Positions 1-14,140 of a DNA stretch of 64,000 nucleotides are shown here, piece after piece. This DNA is from the human T2T-CHM13v2.0 reference genome, Homo sapiens. The stretch lies in the NCBI RefSeq assembly GCF_009914755.1, contig NC_060932.1; one strand, written 5' to 3'. How positions within the stretch are numbered: the first letter of the stretch is position 1; each line of letters opens with the position of its first letter. The translations under genes were made by a program, and so were the position numbers. The notes under the pieces are model-generated. The model worked only from the letters and a program-made list of their open reading frames with translations, was not told the origin of the DNA and made no database searches.

Positions 1-299
1 ATTAAAGGACTAAGAATTGGGAGGACCTAGGACATCTAATTAGAGAGTGCCTAAGGAGGTTCAGCATAGCCTTGCCAGCAAAGATTATTTATTTACTTCA
101 AGAGTTCAGAGTGGCAGTTTGGGGATAGCACCAGGAGATACCAGCTGTGATGGCTTGGAGAAACAGTGTAAACCGGCAGTGTAAACAAGAGCAGGGCATG
201 TATGAGTAGTTGAGAACGGTGAATAGGAGTATGACTAGACAGAAGATAGTAGGGATGACAAGTTTTTTGGGGCACAGTCCAAGTTGGTCTGGTGTCTGG

Positions 300-2300
300 A
301 ATGAGACTGGGGCCTAATAAAAAGGAGCGTCTATACAGGAGCTCAAATGGGCTGTCCCTTGTAGCATTCCCAGGACAGGCCTGAATTCTGAGAAGGAAAA
401 GTGGTAAAAGTATTGTCCAGTCCTTTTTAAGTTGGTGGCTGAGCTTGGTGAGGTGTGTTTTTAAAAGACCATTAGTCTGTTCTACTTTTCCTGAAGACTG
501 AGGACTGTAAGGGATATAAAGGTTTCACTGAATATAAGAGCCTGAAAAACTGCTTGGCTGATTTGACTAATAAAGGCCGGTCTGCTATCAGACTGTATAG
601 AGGTGGGAAGGCCAAACTGAGGAATTATGTCTGACAGAAGGGAAGAAATGACCGTGGTGGCCTTCTTAGACCCTGTGGGAAAGGCCTCTACCTATCCAGT
701 GAAAGTGTCTACCTAGACCAAGAGGTATTTTAGTTTCCTGACTCGGGGCATGTTGAGTAAAGCTAATTTGCCAGTCCTGGGCGGGGGCAAATCCCTGAGC
801 TTGATGTGTAGGGAAGGAAGGGGGCCTGAATAATCCCTGAGGAGTAGTAGAATAGCAGACGGAACACTGAGAAGTTATTTCCCTGAGGATAGATTTCCAC
901 GATGGAAAGGAAATGAGAGGTTCTGGGAGGCGGGCTAGTGGCTTGTGCTATAGCATAGCCTGCCTTTGCTGGTGTGTGGCGATTAGGCCTGGTGGAACTG
1001 CCATCAATAAACCAAGTGTGATCAGGGTGAGAAACAGGGAAGAAGGAAATGTGGGGAAATGGGGTGAATGTCAGGTGGATCAGAGAGATGCAGTCATGAG
1101 GGTCAGGTGTGGTATCAGGAATAATGTGGGAGGCCGGATTGACGTCCGGGCCAGGAACAATGGTAATTGTGGGAGACTCAACAAAGAGTGAGTACAGCTG
1201 AAGGAGCCAGGGAGCAGAAAGTATATGCGTCAGGTGTGAGGAAGAAAACAGATTTTGGAAATTATGAGAGCTGTAGAGAGTCAGTTGTGCATAGTTTTTT
1301 ATTTTAAGGGCCTCTAAAAGTATTAGGGCAGTAGCAGCTGCTGCATGGAGACATGATGGCCAGCCTAAAACAGTAAGGTCAAGTTGTTTGGACAAAAAGC
1401 CTGCAGGACACAATCCCGGTCCTTGTGTAAGAATTCCGACTTCACAGCCCTGCACTTCGGCTGTGTGTAATGAAAAGGGTTGGGATGAGTCAGGGAGAGC
1501 CAGGGTCGGGGCAGTCTCTAAAGCTGTCTTCAAGGAATGGAAAGAGGAGTGGGGAAAGGATTTAGGATCTATGGGGTCAGCTAGGTTTCCTTTTGTGAGT
1601 TTATATAATGGTTTTGTTAGGATGGCAAAACCAGGTATCCAAAGGTGAAAGTGTCCAACCATGCCCAGGAAGGAAAGGAGTTGTTGTTTTGTAGAAGGTG
1701 CTGGGGTTTGAGAGATTAGTCAGACACGATCAGCAGGAAGAGCACGTGTATTTTATGAGAATTATGCTGAGATAGATAGGTAACAGATAAGGAAGAAATT
1801 TGGGCTTGACTGAAGTAATGGAGGCTGTCCGTGAAGCTTTGCAGCAGTACAGCCCAGGTAATTTGCTGAGCCTGATGGGTGTCTGGGTCAGTCCAAGTAA
1901 AAGCGAAGAGAGGCTGAGATGAAGGGTGCAAAGGAATAGTAAAGAAAGCATGTTTGAGATCCAGAACCGAATAATGGATTGTGGAGGGAGGTATTGAGGA
2001 TAGGAGAGTATATGTGTTTGGCATCACGGGGTGGATAGGCAAAACAATTCGGTTGATAAGGCATAGATCCTGAACTAACTTTTAAGGCTTGTCTGGTTTT
2101 AAGACAGGTAAAATGGGTGAATTGTAAGGAGAGTTTATAGGCTTTAAAAGGCCATGCTGTAGCAGGCAAGTGATAACAGGCTTTAATCCTTTCAAAGCAT
2201 GCTGTGGGATGGGATATTGGCATTGAGTGGGGTAAGGGTGATTAGGTTTTAATCAGATGGTAAGGGGTGCATGATCGGTCGCCAAGGAGGGAGTAGAGGT
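300..2300 (-). pseudogene. HERV-H pol remnant (RT, connection/RNase H, integrase pieces)
   Basis: YSVLDLKHAFFTIPLHP...FAFTW (RT motif A) in ORF 1716..2042; TLALPD...LSKQLD...WFIDGSS in ORF 763..1662. No YxDD motif is seen, consistent with the common deleted HERV-H form. Confidence 0.88.
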
Positions 2301-2316
2301 ATCTTATACTTGTGGG

Positions 2317-2664
2317 TTAAGGTTGGGGGGATACAAGAGGAGGACGAAAAGGAGGCTTTGGATTGGGAAGAAGGGCGGCAATGAGATGTAGCTGTAATCC
2401 AGGAATAGTCAGGGAAGCAGATAATTTAGTTAAAGTGTCTCGGCCTAATAAGGGAACTGGGCAGGTGGGGATAACTAAAAAGGAGTGCTTAAAAGAGTAT
2501 TGTCTAAGTTGGCACCAGAGTTGGGGAGTTTTAAGAGGTTTAGAAGCCTGGCTGTCAATACCTACAACAGTTATGGAGGCAAGGGAAACAGGCCCTTGAA
2601 AAGAAGGTAATATGGAGTGGGTAGACTCTGTATTTATTAAGAAGGGGAAGGACTTACCCTCCAC
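2317..2664 (-). pseudogene. HERV-H protease remnant
   Basis: FLINTESTHSILP (catalytic DTG replaced by NTE) and PVPLLGRD motif. Confidence 0.85.
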
Positions 2665-2669
2665 TGTGA

Positions 2670-3900
2670 GAGCTACCTAAAGCTCGGTGTCTGTGATGGT
2701 CTACAGGGCTTCCGAGGCAATTGGGCAGCATCAGTCTTCAGCCGCTAAGCCGAGAAGATCTGGGAAGGAGTCAGAGAGCCTTGGGCCAGAGTTCCAGGGG
2801 CTCTGGGAGTGGCTGCCAGGTGAGTTGAACAATCCAATTTCCAGTGGGGTCCCACACAGTTGGGACACAGCTTAGGAGGACTGCTGGGCATTCCTTGGCC
2901 TGGTGGCCAGATTTCTGGCACTTGTAGCAAGCTCCTGGGGGAAGTGGTTCTGGAGGAACGCCTGGCCACTGCAGTTTAGGCGTGTTTGGAAGTTCTTGTG
3001 TGCTGGAGGTGTGGCTGGGGTTTGTCTCACAGTGGAGGCAAGGAATTGCAACTCAGAAATATGTTGCTACTTGGCTGCCTCTACTCTATTATTGTACACC
3101 TTGAAGGCAAGGTTAATTAAGTCCTGTTGTGGGGTTTGAGAGCCACAATTTAATTTTTGGAGTTTTATTTAATGTTGGGAGCAGATTGGGTAATAAAATG
3201 TATATTGAGAATAAGACGGCCTTTTGACCTTTTGGGGTCTAGGGCTGAAAAGTGTCTCAGGGTTGCTGCCAAACGAGCCATGAACTGGGCTGGATTTTTA
3301 TATTTGATGAAAAAGAGCCTAAACACTATCTGATTTGGGAATAAAGGAAAAGGAGCATTAACCTTGACTATGCCTTTAGTTCCAGCCACCATTTTAAGAG
3401 TAAATTGCTAGGCAGGTGGGGGAGGGCTAGCCATGGAACAAAACTGTAAGCCTGACCAGGTGTGAGGAGGGGAGGTGATAAAAGGATTATAGGGTGGAGG
3501 AGCAGAGGTTGAGGAAGAATTGGGACCTAGCTCGGCCTGGCGGGGAGGTGAGAGGTCAGATGGGTCTGTAGAAAAGGAAGATTAAAAAGACTCAGCAATG
3601 CTTGGGGTTTGGACTGAGGGGACAGGAGGGAGAGAAAGAAGGAAGATTTGGGATGAGTTGCATTGGGAACAGAGACTAGGGAAGGACTGATGTGTAAAAG
3701 AATGCCTGGACGTCAGGCATCTCAGACCATTTGCCTATTTTACAACAAGAATTATTTAGATCTTGTAGGATGGAAAAATTAAAGTGCCGTTTTCCAGCTA
3801 TTTGGAACTACTGTCGAGTTTGTACTGGGGTCAAGCAGCATCTCAGAAGAAAATAAGACACTTAGATTTTAGGTCAGGTGAGAGTTGAAGAGGTTTTAAG
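2670..3900 (-). pseudogene. HERV-H gag remnant
   Basis: CYKCQKSGHQAKEC zinc knuckle at 2888-2929; second knuckle-like CPNCVGPHWKLDC in ORF 2745..2969. The frame is fragmented and boundaries are approximate. Confidence 0.8.
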
Positions 3901-3999
3901 TTCTTAAGAACACAGGCTAAGGGAGAAGAAGGAGGAATGGAAGGTAGAAGCTTGCCTATAGTGAAGGAGGCAAGCCCAGAGAAAAGAGAGTAGAGACAT

Positions 4000-4380
4000 G
4001 GAGAAGGGGTGAGGGGTTCTTGCCCTCCAGAAAAGCAGAGAAGGGGTCAGGGCACAGAAATAAGGGGTCGGGTCACAGAGATAAGAGGTCGGGGCACGGA
4101 AATAAGGGATTGGGGCACAGAGATAAGAGGTCGGGGCTCCTGCCCCTCCCCCAGAAAAACAGGACTTGCCGCTAAGGGTGAAGGAGAAGGAGTTGAGGGG
4201 TTCTTGCCCCTCCCCCAGAAAAGCGGGACTTGCCACTAAGGGTGAAGGAGACAGGGTTGAGGGGTTCTTGCCCCTCCCCCAGAAAAGCAGAAAAGGGGTA
4301 GAGACATGGAGAGAAGGGGTTGGGGTTCTTGCCCCTCCCCCAGAAAAGCGGGACTTGCCACTAAGGGTGAAGGACCAAGG
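4000..4380. repeat. HERV-H leader tandem repeats
   Basis: ~60-bp units (GGGGTTCTTGCCCCTCCCCCAGAAAA / GGACTTGCCACTAAGGGTGAAGGA) and four ~21-bp GGGCACAGAGATAAGAGGTC-like units at 4049-4135. Confidence 0.8.
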
Positions 4381-4659
4381 CAGGCATCCCTGCATGGTCT
4401 GACACCTCTGAAACCTGGGTGAATAATCAGAGAGGCATCCCTGCAATGATTAAACACCAAGGGAAGGCTGCCTTCCCTAGTCCGTGACTGGCGCCGGAGT
4501 TTTGGGTCCACGGATAAAATGTGTCTCCTTTGTCTCTACCAGAAAATGAAAGCAATTGAAATTAAGAGAAGGGAGAGATTGAAGTGTGGCACCAAGATTG
4601 AAAGGAGAAAGAGGTTGAGGGATAGTGAGGGAGGTTGGAGAAGAGAGTAAAAAGAGGCC

Positions 4660-4668
4660 ACTTACCAG
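4660..4668 (-). promoter_or_regulatory. HERV-H major splice donor
   Basis: CTG|GTAAGT ~130 nt downstream of the PBS, the usual position of the HERV-H donor. Confidence 0.8.
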
Positions 4669-4791
4669 ATTTGAAATTGGTGAGATGTTTCTTGGGCTGG
4701 TCGTTCTGAGGACCTGAGGTCGCAGGTGAATCTTTCTCACGGAGCAAAGAGCAGGAGGACAGTGGATTGATCTCCCAAGGGGGGTCCCCCG

Positions 4792-4809
4792 ATCCGAGTC
4801 ACGGCACCA
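4792..4809 (-). promoter_or_regulatory. Primer-binding site, tRNA-His
   Basis: TGGTGCCGTGACTCGGAT is complementary to the 3' 18 nt of tRNA-His(GUG), which defines HERV-H. Confidence 0.95.
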
Positions 4810-4870
4810 AATTTCACTTGCGTCCATGTAAAGAGACCACCAAACAGGCTTTGTGTGAGCAATAAAGCTG

Positions 4871-4876
4871 TTTATT
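4871..4876 (-). terminator. LTR7 polyadenylation signal
   Basis: AATAAA in the R region; an opposite-strand AATAAA lies at 4861-4866. Confidence 0.7.
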
Positions 4877-4941
4877 TCACCTGGGTGCAGGTGGGCTGAA
4901 TCCGAAAACAGAGTCAGTGAAGGGAGATGGGGGTGGGGCCA

Positions 4942-4948
4942 TTTTATA
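4942..4948 (-). promoter_or_regulatory. LTR7 TATA box
   Basis: CCTATAAAA in U3, followed by GGCCCCACCCC (GC/GT box). Confidence 0.8.
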
Positions 4949-5169
4949 GGATTTGGGTAGGTAAAGGAAAAAGGGGGTTTGTTCTCTGTGGGCAGGACTA
5001 GGGGGTCACAAGATGCTCAGAAGGGGAGCTTTTGAGCCAGGATGAGCCAGGAGAAGCAATTTCACAAGATAATGTCATCAGTTAAGGCAGGAACCGGCCC
5101 TCTGGATGTGTATGTGCAGGTCACAGGGGATATGATGGCTTAGCTTGGGCTCAGAGGCCTGACAGACAG

Positions 5170-5338
5170 ACACAACAAAAAGAAACAAAAAGACTACCAC
5201 CTGCAAGCCAGGAAAAGGACCCTCACCAGAAATCAAATTGGCCAGCACTTTGATCTTGAACTTCTTAGCCTCCAGAACCATAAGAAATAAACACCTGTTG
5301 TTTAAGCCACTCAGTCTATGGTATTTTGTTATCACAAC
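5170..5338 (+). mobile_element. MaLR LTR 3' part (MLT1-like), interrupted by HERV-H
   Basis: GCCTCCAGAACCATAAGAAATAAACACCTGTTGTTTAAGCCACTCAGTCTATGGTATTTTGTTAT is a typical MLT1 3' end. Confidence 0.75.
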
Positions 5339-5339
5339 C

Positions 5340-5696
5340 TGCCTTACTCCATTCTTGCTGGTACAACAAAATACCTCAGACCAGGCAATTTATACACTAC
5401 GAAAACGTATTGCTCACAGTTCTGGAGGACAGAACATTCAAGAACAAGGCATCAGTAGATTTGGTGTCTAGTGACAGCCTATTCCTCATAGATGGTGCCT
5501 TCTGTGTGTCCTCACATGGCAGGAAGAGCAGTTTTCTTCAAGCCTCTTTTGCAAGGGCACTGATCTCATTCAGGAAGGTGGAACCCTTATGACTTAACTG
5601 CATTCCAAAGGCCCCACCTCTTCATACCGTCACCTTAGGGGTTAAGATCTCCATAAATGGCTTTGGGGAAACATAAATCTTCAGATCATACCACAG
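5340..5696 (-). mobile_element. MaLR LTR (MST/MLT1A-like)
   Basis: ATTGCTCACAGTTCTGGAGG...TGTGTCCTCACATGGCAG...GGCCCCACCTC...TTCAGATCATACCACA. Confidence 0.75.
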
Positions 5697-8600
5697 CCTG
5701 AGCAGAATGATAGGTTAATCAATGCATCAATGCTTCCCCATTTATTTTCTTGAATTGGAGGTCCTGATATGCTCAAGGAACCAGTGACTTGACTCCACTT
5801 GTATCTTGGCATTGGCTTTTTCTCCCCTACATCTTGGCTCCTGTACTGACTCCTGATTTCAAAAGATAGATAATGCTATAATTGAGCCTTTCTTTGAGGT
5901 TCTGCTTTCTGAGAAACCCAGGCTAAGCCAATTCATTTGCCCTCAATTCACCAATAAAATATATAAAGCTTAATATAGAGATTATTTAGCAAATATTTCA
6001 CAACACACCATTTGTTAAGCCAGGATTCAGATCAAGGTCTACTTTACCACAGTGCCTCATGAGAGGAAGAGCCAATTGCTCATCCACAAGCCAGAGATCA
6101 CGTGGTTCGTGGTCTCTGATCTAATGCTTGGAGCTCCAGCATCGTCCCCTAGCTTCGCTCTCCAGCTTCCTAGAACTGGACTGACTGACATTCATTTACC
6201 TGAGCAGATTTCTAATCCAATCAGCAGTATTCAAGAGATGCTTCAGAAGTTTCTAAGAATTACTCTCTGGTGCTCAACACTCCAAATGATTCACATATAA
6301 GGAATATGACCTTTTTACTGCCACATGTCCTGACCTCCATTTTGTTGACCTGGGGTTCTTCCTAGATTTTTCCACTGAGCACTGGTGGCTAACTGACTGG
6401 AGGACTGCTGCAGGCCCCTGGCCCTTGTTACTGAGGTCCCCACATACCTGTGCTCCAGCAGGTCCTGGTTATCCTTGGGACAATTTTCTAACATGGATCC
6501 ATGCCTGATGCACTGTAGGCCCCTAATAGCTGTGAGCAGAAAGGGAAAGGGCTGGAGATGGAGACAAATCCACGAATCCAGGTAATAGAGAAAGCTAAGG
6601 TAATTCATTCAATGATTACAAAATGCTACATGCTTTCCCATCCCTGTAGAAGAGTTTGCTTTAAAGCCAGCAGGTACCTTCCTGGGATCTTCCCTAGAAA
6701 ATTTGCAATTGAGAGCTGCTAAAGAGGATAAGGATCTATTCACTCTGAAGCTCCTGTCATGCTCATCTGTCATTACCCATGGACATAGGCTCAATGTCTT
6801 CAGGTGTTTTTTCTGATGCTCACAGTCTGGATGTATTCCTTGATAATTTTAATGCTTTAAGAATAAAGGGCCTCACATTTTTATTTTGAACTGGACCCGG
6901 CAAACTATTGGAAAGATAATAAAACTTAAACTCTAACTCATCTTGTTGGCAAGTACACATTCCAGGGCCTTGGAAGGGCCTTAGCAATGTGATCAAATGT
7001 TTCATTTGTGCTGAGAAAATTTGCAAAATTGATTGATAGCATAACAATTGATAAAGCTATGTCTCTCATCACATATTTATAAAACACTTCCATACACAAG
7101 GTCTTGTCTAATTCACATGGAATTCATGAGAGATTCCTGGGGCAAACTTTATAACCCTCAAACTTGAAACTGGGCCATTTGGAATTCCCATAGAACCATG
7201 TTTACCTTTCTCTTAACACTTAACAGACTCTAACCTGTTGGTGATACTTTCATAGCAGGTCATAAGTTGCTAGAGAATAGAACCCATGTTTTATTATCCT
7301 TTGTAACCCCAGCATCCTATCCTGGGGCTGGTCAGCAAGCAGGCAATCCTAAATGTTTTTAAATCTGAACTTAATACTTTTGAAAGACTTTCCACATAAT
7401 ACTACTTATGGCAGAATTCCTCTGTAACAAGTGCTTGTGTCAGGGGGTAATTTTCTTTTTTTCCCTCTATTTTTACCCTGCCCCCACCAAATACTAAAAG
7501 GCACAAGAATCAAATGAGAGACAAAGCAAAATATTTTGAAAAGCTTTTAAGAAATTGTGATCCAAATAGTTTTCCTAATGAAGACCTGAGACATCTGTGA
7601 AATCCTGGGTAATGAGCTCATTCTGCCTGGTAACTAAGGAGGCAGTGCATACTCCAGCACAGAAATACATCCATATGTTCACATTTCTCAGTAGCATCTG
7701 GGCATTCCTATGCTGAAACCTAGAATAGCAGAGTCAGGAAGGAATTGGAGAGCATGTGTTCCAGAGCCCATTTCACACTCAGGCGATGGGGATTCAATGA
7801 GGATGCCTGGGGAATATGTTCAGGATCACAAGTCAGAGCCAGACCAAAGATGAGAAGTCCTCACCCTTAGGGGTCACGGGGAAATATTTCCAGTTTTACG
7901 CTTTCACTTCTGGTTCATGTTTCTTTCACCCTCTCTTACTTAAAAACAAACAACAAACAAATAAAACATAAAATAACTAAAAGAAGCAACATATTATTTC
8001 TGATGTTTCTACCTGGATGTGAGTCTGAAATAAATCAGATAAATTCTACTTCAAATTGTGAGGACCTAGCTGTCTCCAAACTTACTATTCAAGTCAGACA
8101 ACAACAAGGTAAACAAGGCTACCAGAAATATGATTGGAATTTTGAAGTTCCCATCAAAAAGGCAGGACTGGGACCGAATCTCCAGACATTACTTGTCCTG
8201 CTTCTTGTAACACTATTAATTTCAGTTTGGTTTTGTTGAGCCCCTTACAGTAGAGGCTGTCTTACCCTCCCCATTTCTAAAAATCCCTAGGGAGGTGACT
8301 GAAGTCACATATCCATCCCTGGCCCCATGGAGACATGCCTATGGGTGGAAAGAATATTTTGATGGGCTTCAAAAGCTTTGTCCTCGATAAACTCTGCTCC
8401 ACGACTGTCTCACCTTTGTCTGCTCTCCTTACATGGCTTCTCATTCCCTCCTACTAATGTTTCCTTCACGCATGCCCTGGGGACCTGTACCACGCACTAT
8501 ACTCTGTAGCATGCACTATTCTTCCTCTACCTCATCACATTGATCTTTCGTTTAGCCTGGTGGTCTTAGACTCACCTCACTGTAACTGACCTCTGATGAG

Positions 8601-9059
8601 GATCCTTTTGTCACAAATGCTTCAGACACAATGAGAAGGTTGCAGCTCTCCACATGAGCAAACCTCCTCCTCATATCTAGGACTGTGCACATGGAATGAG
8701 ATGTGCCCCCCAGTCAACACAGCACCATCTCCTGAAACTCATCCTCATTCTACAGTCTCAGCTTCGATGGAACTTTCTCCCTGAAATATTCCTGGGCTTC
8801 CTAAAGTTGAATCATCTTTTCTGTGTTCCCATACATATCATTGTTCCCTCTCCTTTGGCTGTAATTAATACACTGGATTAAACCAGCCCATTTATATGTG
8901 TGTGTCTCCAAATTTAACCCTAAAGTGCTTGAGGTAAGTAACTGAGTATTTTTTCAAGGTATTTCCAGCACCTCTTAAAGTATCCATGTCATTAATGAAT
9001 ATTAAATAGCCAAATGACACAGTTGGAATTCATTCCAAGGTCTTCAATTTGATAGCTGA

Positions 9060-10270
9060 GCATTTATTAAATAAATATTTTAATGCTTATTTTGTACCAG
9101 GTAGAGGTTCCTTCCTGGGGAAAAAGCACAGAGAAAAGCAGATGAGAAACCTCTCTTGGGGATTCTATTGCAGAACGAGGGAGGCATGAGACAGATAAGA
9201 AACAAGGAAAGAAAAAACAAATAACTCATGGAGAAAAATAAAGAAAAGGATGAGTTGTATTAATGCTGTAAAAGAGAATAGCATGACAGACTGGTGAGCT
9301 GAGGCAGAAAATGCCACTTCAGACAGGATGTTCCGTGAAAGCTATGTGAAAACCTGGCGTAGCCCATATAGCAATCTGGGAGAAGCGTCCCTCCAGGCCA
9401 GGAGGTGAACAAACAAGGGCCCTTGGGCTGAAACATCATGAGTCAACTTTTTCAAAGAATAGAAATTAAGCCAGAGTGGTGGAGCACAGGAAGCTCCACT
9501 TCCAAACAGCTTCCATGTTTGGAAGGACCAAGGACAGTGAGATGGATCATTGATTGGGCAATGGACTTCTTGGCCATGACCAGGAATTTGGAGTTATTAT
9601 AAGTAAAATTCAAGCTCTTGATAGCTTTTCATCACTGCTGTGATACAACCTAAACCATGGTCTGAATCATCCCCCTGGTTTCTGGTGAAATGTGGGATAT
9701 AGGTAGCTCAGAGGGAAGCAGGACATTCAGTAATGTTACAGTTATCCAGGCAAGAGATGATGTTGACCTAAGCCAGTGGGTTAACAGTGGCAGTGCAAAT
9801 AAATAGACACATAAGACTTGCTGGCAGATTTGTATTTTGGAGTGAAACAAAATAATCAAGAAAACCTGTTGTTTTGTGTTTGGATAACTGGGTGTGTGGT
9901 AAGCAGTTTACTGAGGAAGAAATGGAAAAGAGTTTTATCAACAAAAATCAGTAATTCTATTTTTGGCCTTTAAAGTTTAATGTAAGTTCATACGTGATGT
10001 TCACCTGTCATACAGGAGATTTTCTAAATGAGTCTGGACTTGAGGAGACTGGTCAGCACTGAAGAGAGAAATCTGGAGTCTTGAGTAGATACGATTCTAC
10101 TTTAAGATATAAGACTGGATGAGAGAGAATGTAATAGAGAAAAGATATTCAGAACTGAGCTCTGGGCACATCAAAATAGAATTTCAGAGGAAACAGCACC
10201 AACGAGTAAAAGGAAAGTAAAGGGCTGACGAAGAAGTCGTGGAAACAAACTATTTCAACAAGGTGGGCAT
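9060..10270 (-). mobile_element. L2 LINE fragment(s)
   Basis: Degenerate L2 3' end in reverse (CATTTATT...TGTACCAGG) followed by purine-rich L2-like body; boundaries approximate. Confidence 0.6.
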
Positions 10271-10399
10271 GATAGGAACAAGTCATGGGAAAAAATGGCA
10301 GCTACCATTTATAAGCATTCCCTCACTGGCCATTAGTGATTGTGAGAGATGCTATATCCTACTCAGACTGCAGGAGTTGATCTCTGCATTTGCCAAAAA

Positions 10400-11785
10400 T
10401 GGAGAGTACTGGTCCTCTTCCTACCTCAATAGCGGCCTTTTCCTCATTTTCCTGGTATCTAAACCCTGGAATGCCCAAAGCTCATAGCTCTGGCTTTTTG
10501 CTCAGTCTATTTCCAGAATTTTAATGCCCTCTAGAAGATGAGAACTTTCTCATTGAAATCTATTAACCCTGATTCCAATAAAGAGCTATCAGGGAACAGC
10601 TCTATTTTGATATTTCACAGTAACTCAAGCTCAAAATACCCAAATCTGAAATGGTAGTTTCAGAAGATCTAGCATGGAGCTAATGAAGCTGAAGCTTCAA
10701 GACCATCACTTGCACTGATTCCTTATAACTTCCAGTAGCTAATTGAGAGTTTTTGTTATTGTTGTTGTTGTTTTTTAAGAGAGCTGCCAAATTCTGCCTT
10801 TATGTCCCACAGGATCTGGATTCACTACTGCTTGTTTTCTCCTCCCTAACTCCACTCACTATCCCAATTAGTGGTAACTCCATCCTCCTAGATGGTAAAC
10901 CAAAAAATCTTGAAATAACTCAGTATTTCTTTACTTCTCCCACATATCATGTATTATCCAATCCACTAGTAAAGTCTACCCACTCCATCTTCAAATTGTC
11001 CTCAGAATCTTGTCTTCATGGCTGTCACCCTAGTTTCAACCACTGTCTATCACCTGAGAAATTTAAAAGCTTCCTCACGGGGCTACCTGCTTCCTCTTTT
11101 GCTCTGCATTGTTCTATTTTGAACAGCATCTGGAACATTCCTTCTTTATTTAAGGTCATGTCATAGCATGTCTATGCTCAAGATTACTAATGATGTTCTC
11201 ATCTCAGAGTAAACATTGAAGTCATCATTATGGGCTCAAGGCCTACATATGGTCAGCTCTAGGCCACCCTCCCCATGTCTTTCCCTACAACTGTCTCCTG
11301 TTCTCACTCCACTCCAGCAACACTAACCCCCTTTCTTGCTGTTCCTTGTTTCTGTCATAGGACTCCCCAAACTTACTCCCTAGTCCTGCAATCCTAGGAC
11401 CCCCAACCTTACTCCCTAGCCCTGCAATCCCTCTCCCTTCCCCCAACACAGACACTCATGCATGGATCATTCTCTCTGTCTGCTCAAATGTCACCTTATC
11501 AGAAAGCTTCTGTAGCTGCCCTCTCAAAGGACTACACACAGCTCCTCTTTTCTGCAGGACACTCTATCTGCCTCTTCTGCTCTACCTCTTTGTCAATATA
11601 TTTTTACCCTGTGACTACATAGAATGCAATTATTTGTCTACGTTCTGTCATCCCTCAACTAGAATATTACTATGAATACAGGGACTTGTCTTTATTTTTA
11701 ACAGTACTGTATTCTTCATACTATGTCCTTGAAAAGCATTTGATAAAGGTAGAATAGGTTGTAAGCAATTTCAATAAATTAAGTA
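10400..11785 (+). mobile_element. L2 LINE fragment(s)
   Basis: L2-like motifs TGGTAACTCCATCCTCCTAG, TCTGCTCAAATGTCACCTTATCAGA, CTAGAATA...CAGGGACTTGTC; boundaries approximate. Confidence 0.6.
11358..11430. repeat. Tandem duplication, ~36-37 bp x2
   Basis: TAGGAC(T)CCCCAAMCTTACTCCCTAGYCCTGCAATCC occurs twice. Confidence 0.85.
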
Positions 11786-12169
11786 CAATGTGTGCCAATG
11801 TGCCATGTAAGCTCTTAAGCCCTTTGTACGTGAAAGTGGCCATTTCCAGAAATGAATCCAGCCTGTATCTTATAATCTCCAGACAGAGAAGCCGTTTCTC
11901 TCCAGGTTCTGTGTTCTGTCCTTTTCTCTTCCCAGGGCTCTCTCCGTGTTACGAATCTCAAGCTTTTAAGCTTTCTGCTTTTCTCCCATAACATCCAGCT
12001 CTGAGAAATTAATATGATAATCACTTATTCACCCCTTGGTGTGCGTTTATGTCAGTGAGGTACCTGCCTCTCACAGAGATAAATGCATTATACACCTCAA
12101 GTTTAGTGTGAAATAAAATGCTCTGTCTTCTGATAAAAGATTTTTTTTTCTCTTTTAAAGCAGCAGCAG

Positions 12170-12501
12170 CAGCAGTTTGGAGAGGTTTATTTAAAACAAG
12201 GCAGAATTCCCTACTGCCCTAAAAGCCTCAACTTGGAAAACAGCACGGTGAATGGAAGAAAACCAGGCCTGGGGACTGAGGGGCTGCTGTGGCTCTCATC
12301 TTGATAAGAAGAAAGGATGAGCACCAACTTACCCCAGCTTCTGTCCTTCATCTGTAACACATTTGCTGCTACAGATTGTGTCTGTATAGAGAAGAGAGAA
12401 GACGCAAAGCTCTTCTTCCAGTCCTTGAAGTCTGCAGCCTGGGTGTCTGCAGAGGACAATGCCTTGTTCTTTAAGATGCCCAGCATGGCACTGCAGTACA
12501 T
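12170..12501 (-). ncRNA. Candidate terminal exon of a spliced lncRNA / uncharacterised-ORF transcript (carries 96-aa ORF 12211..12501)
   Basis: Acceptor ctcacttgcattttttatag|ATG; non-repeat sequence; stop at 12211-12213 with AATAAA at 12186-12191. The ORF has no recognisable domain. Unverified recollection only: it may belong to the C16orf97/LINC02911 locus. Confidence 0.5.
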
Positions 12502-12504
12502 CTA

Positions 12505-14140
<1,636 letters not shown>

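Larger units (their letters stand above)
1..4811 (-). mobile_element. HERV-H internal region (defective provirus; continues beyond left edge)
   Basis: Minus-strand order is LTR, PBS(His), leader, gag, pro, pol, env remnant. Translations show a CCHC knuckle, protease, RT and RNase H motifs, all broken by stops, frameshifts or deletions. Confidence 0.97.
4812..5164 (-). mobile_element. LTR7 (5' LTR of HERV-H), ~353 bp
   Basis: Minus strand begins TGTCAGGCCTCTGAGCCCAAGCTAAGCCATCATATCCCCTGTGACC and ends GTGAAA, 2 nt before the PBS. It contains a TATA box and AATAAA. Confidence 0.97.

Noticed and set aside
763-2664. Long pro/pol ORFs as functional viral genes
   Set aside because: The protease catalytic Asp is lost, the RT lacks YxDD, and the frames are fragmented.
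12159-12175. (CAG)5 repeat
   Set aside because: Too short to be notable, and outside the ORF.
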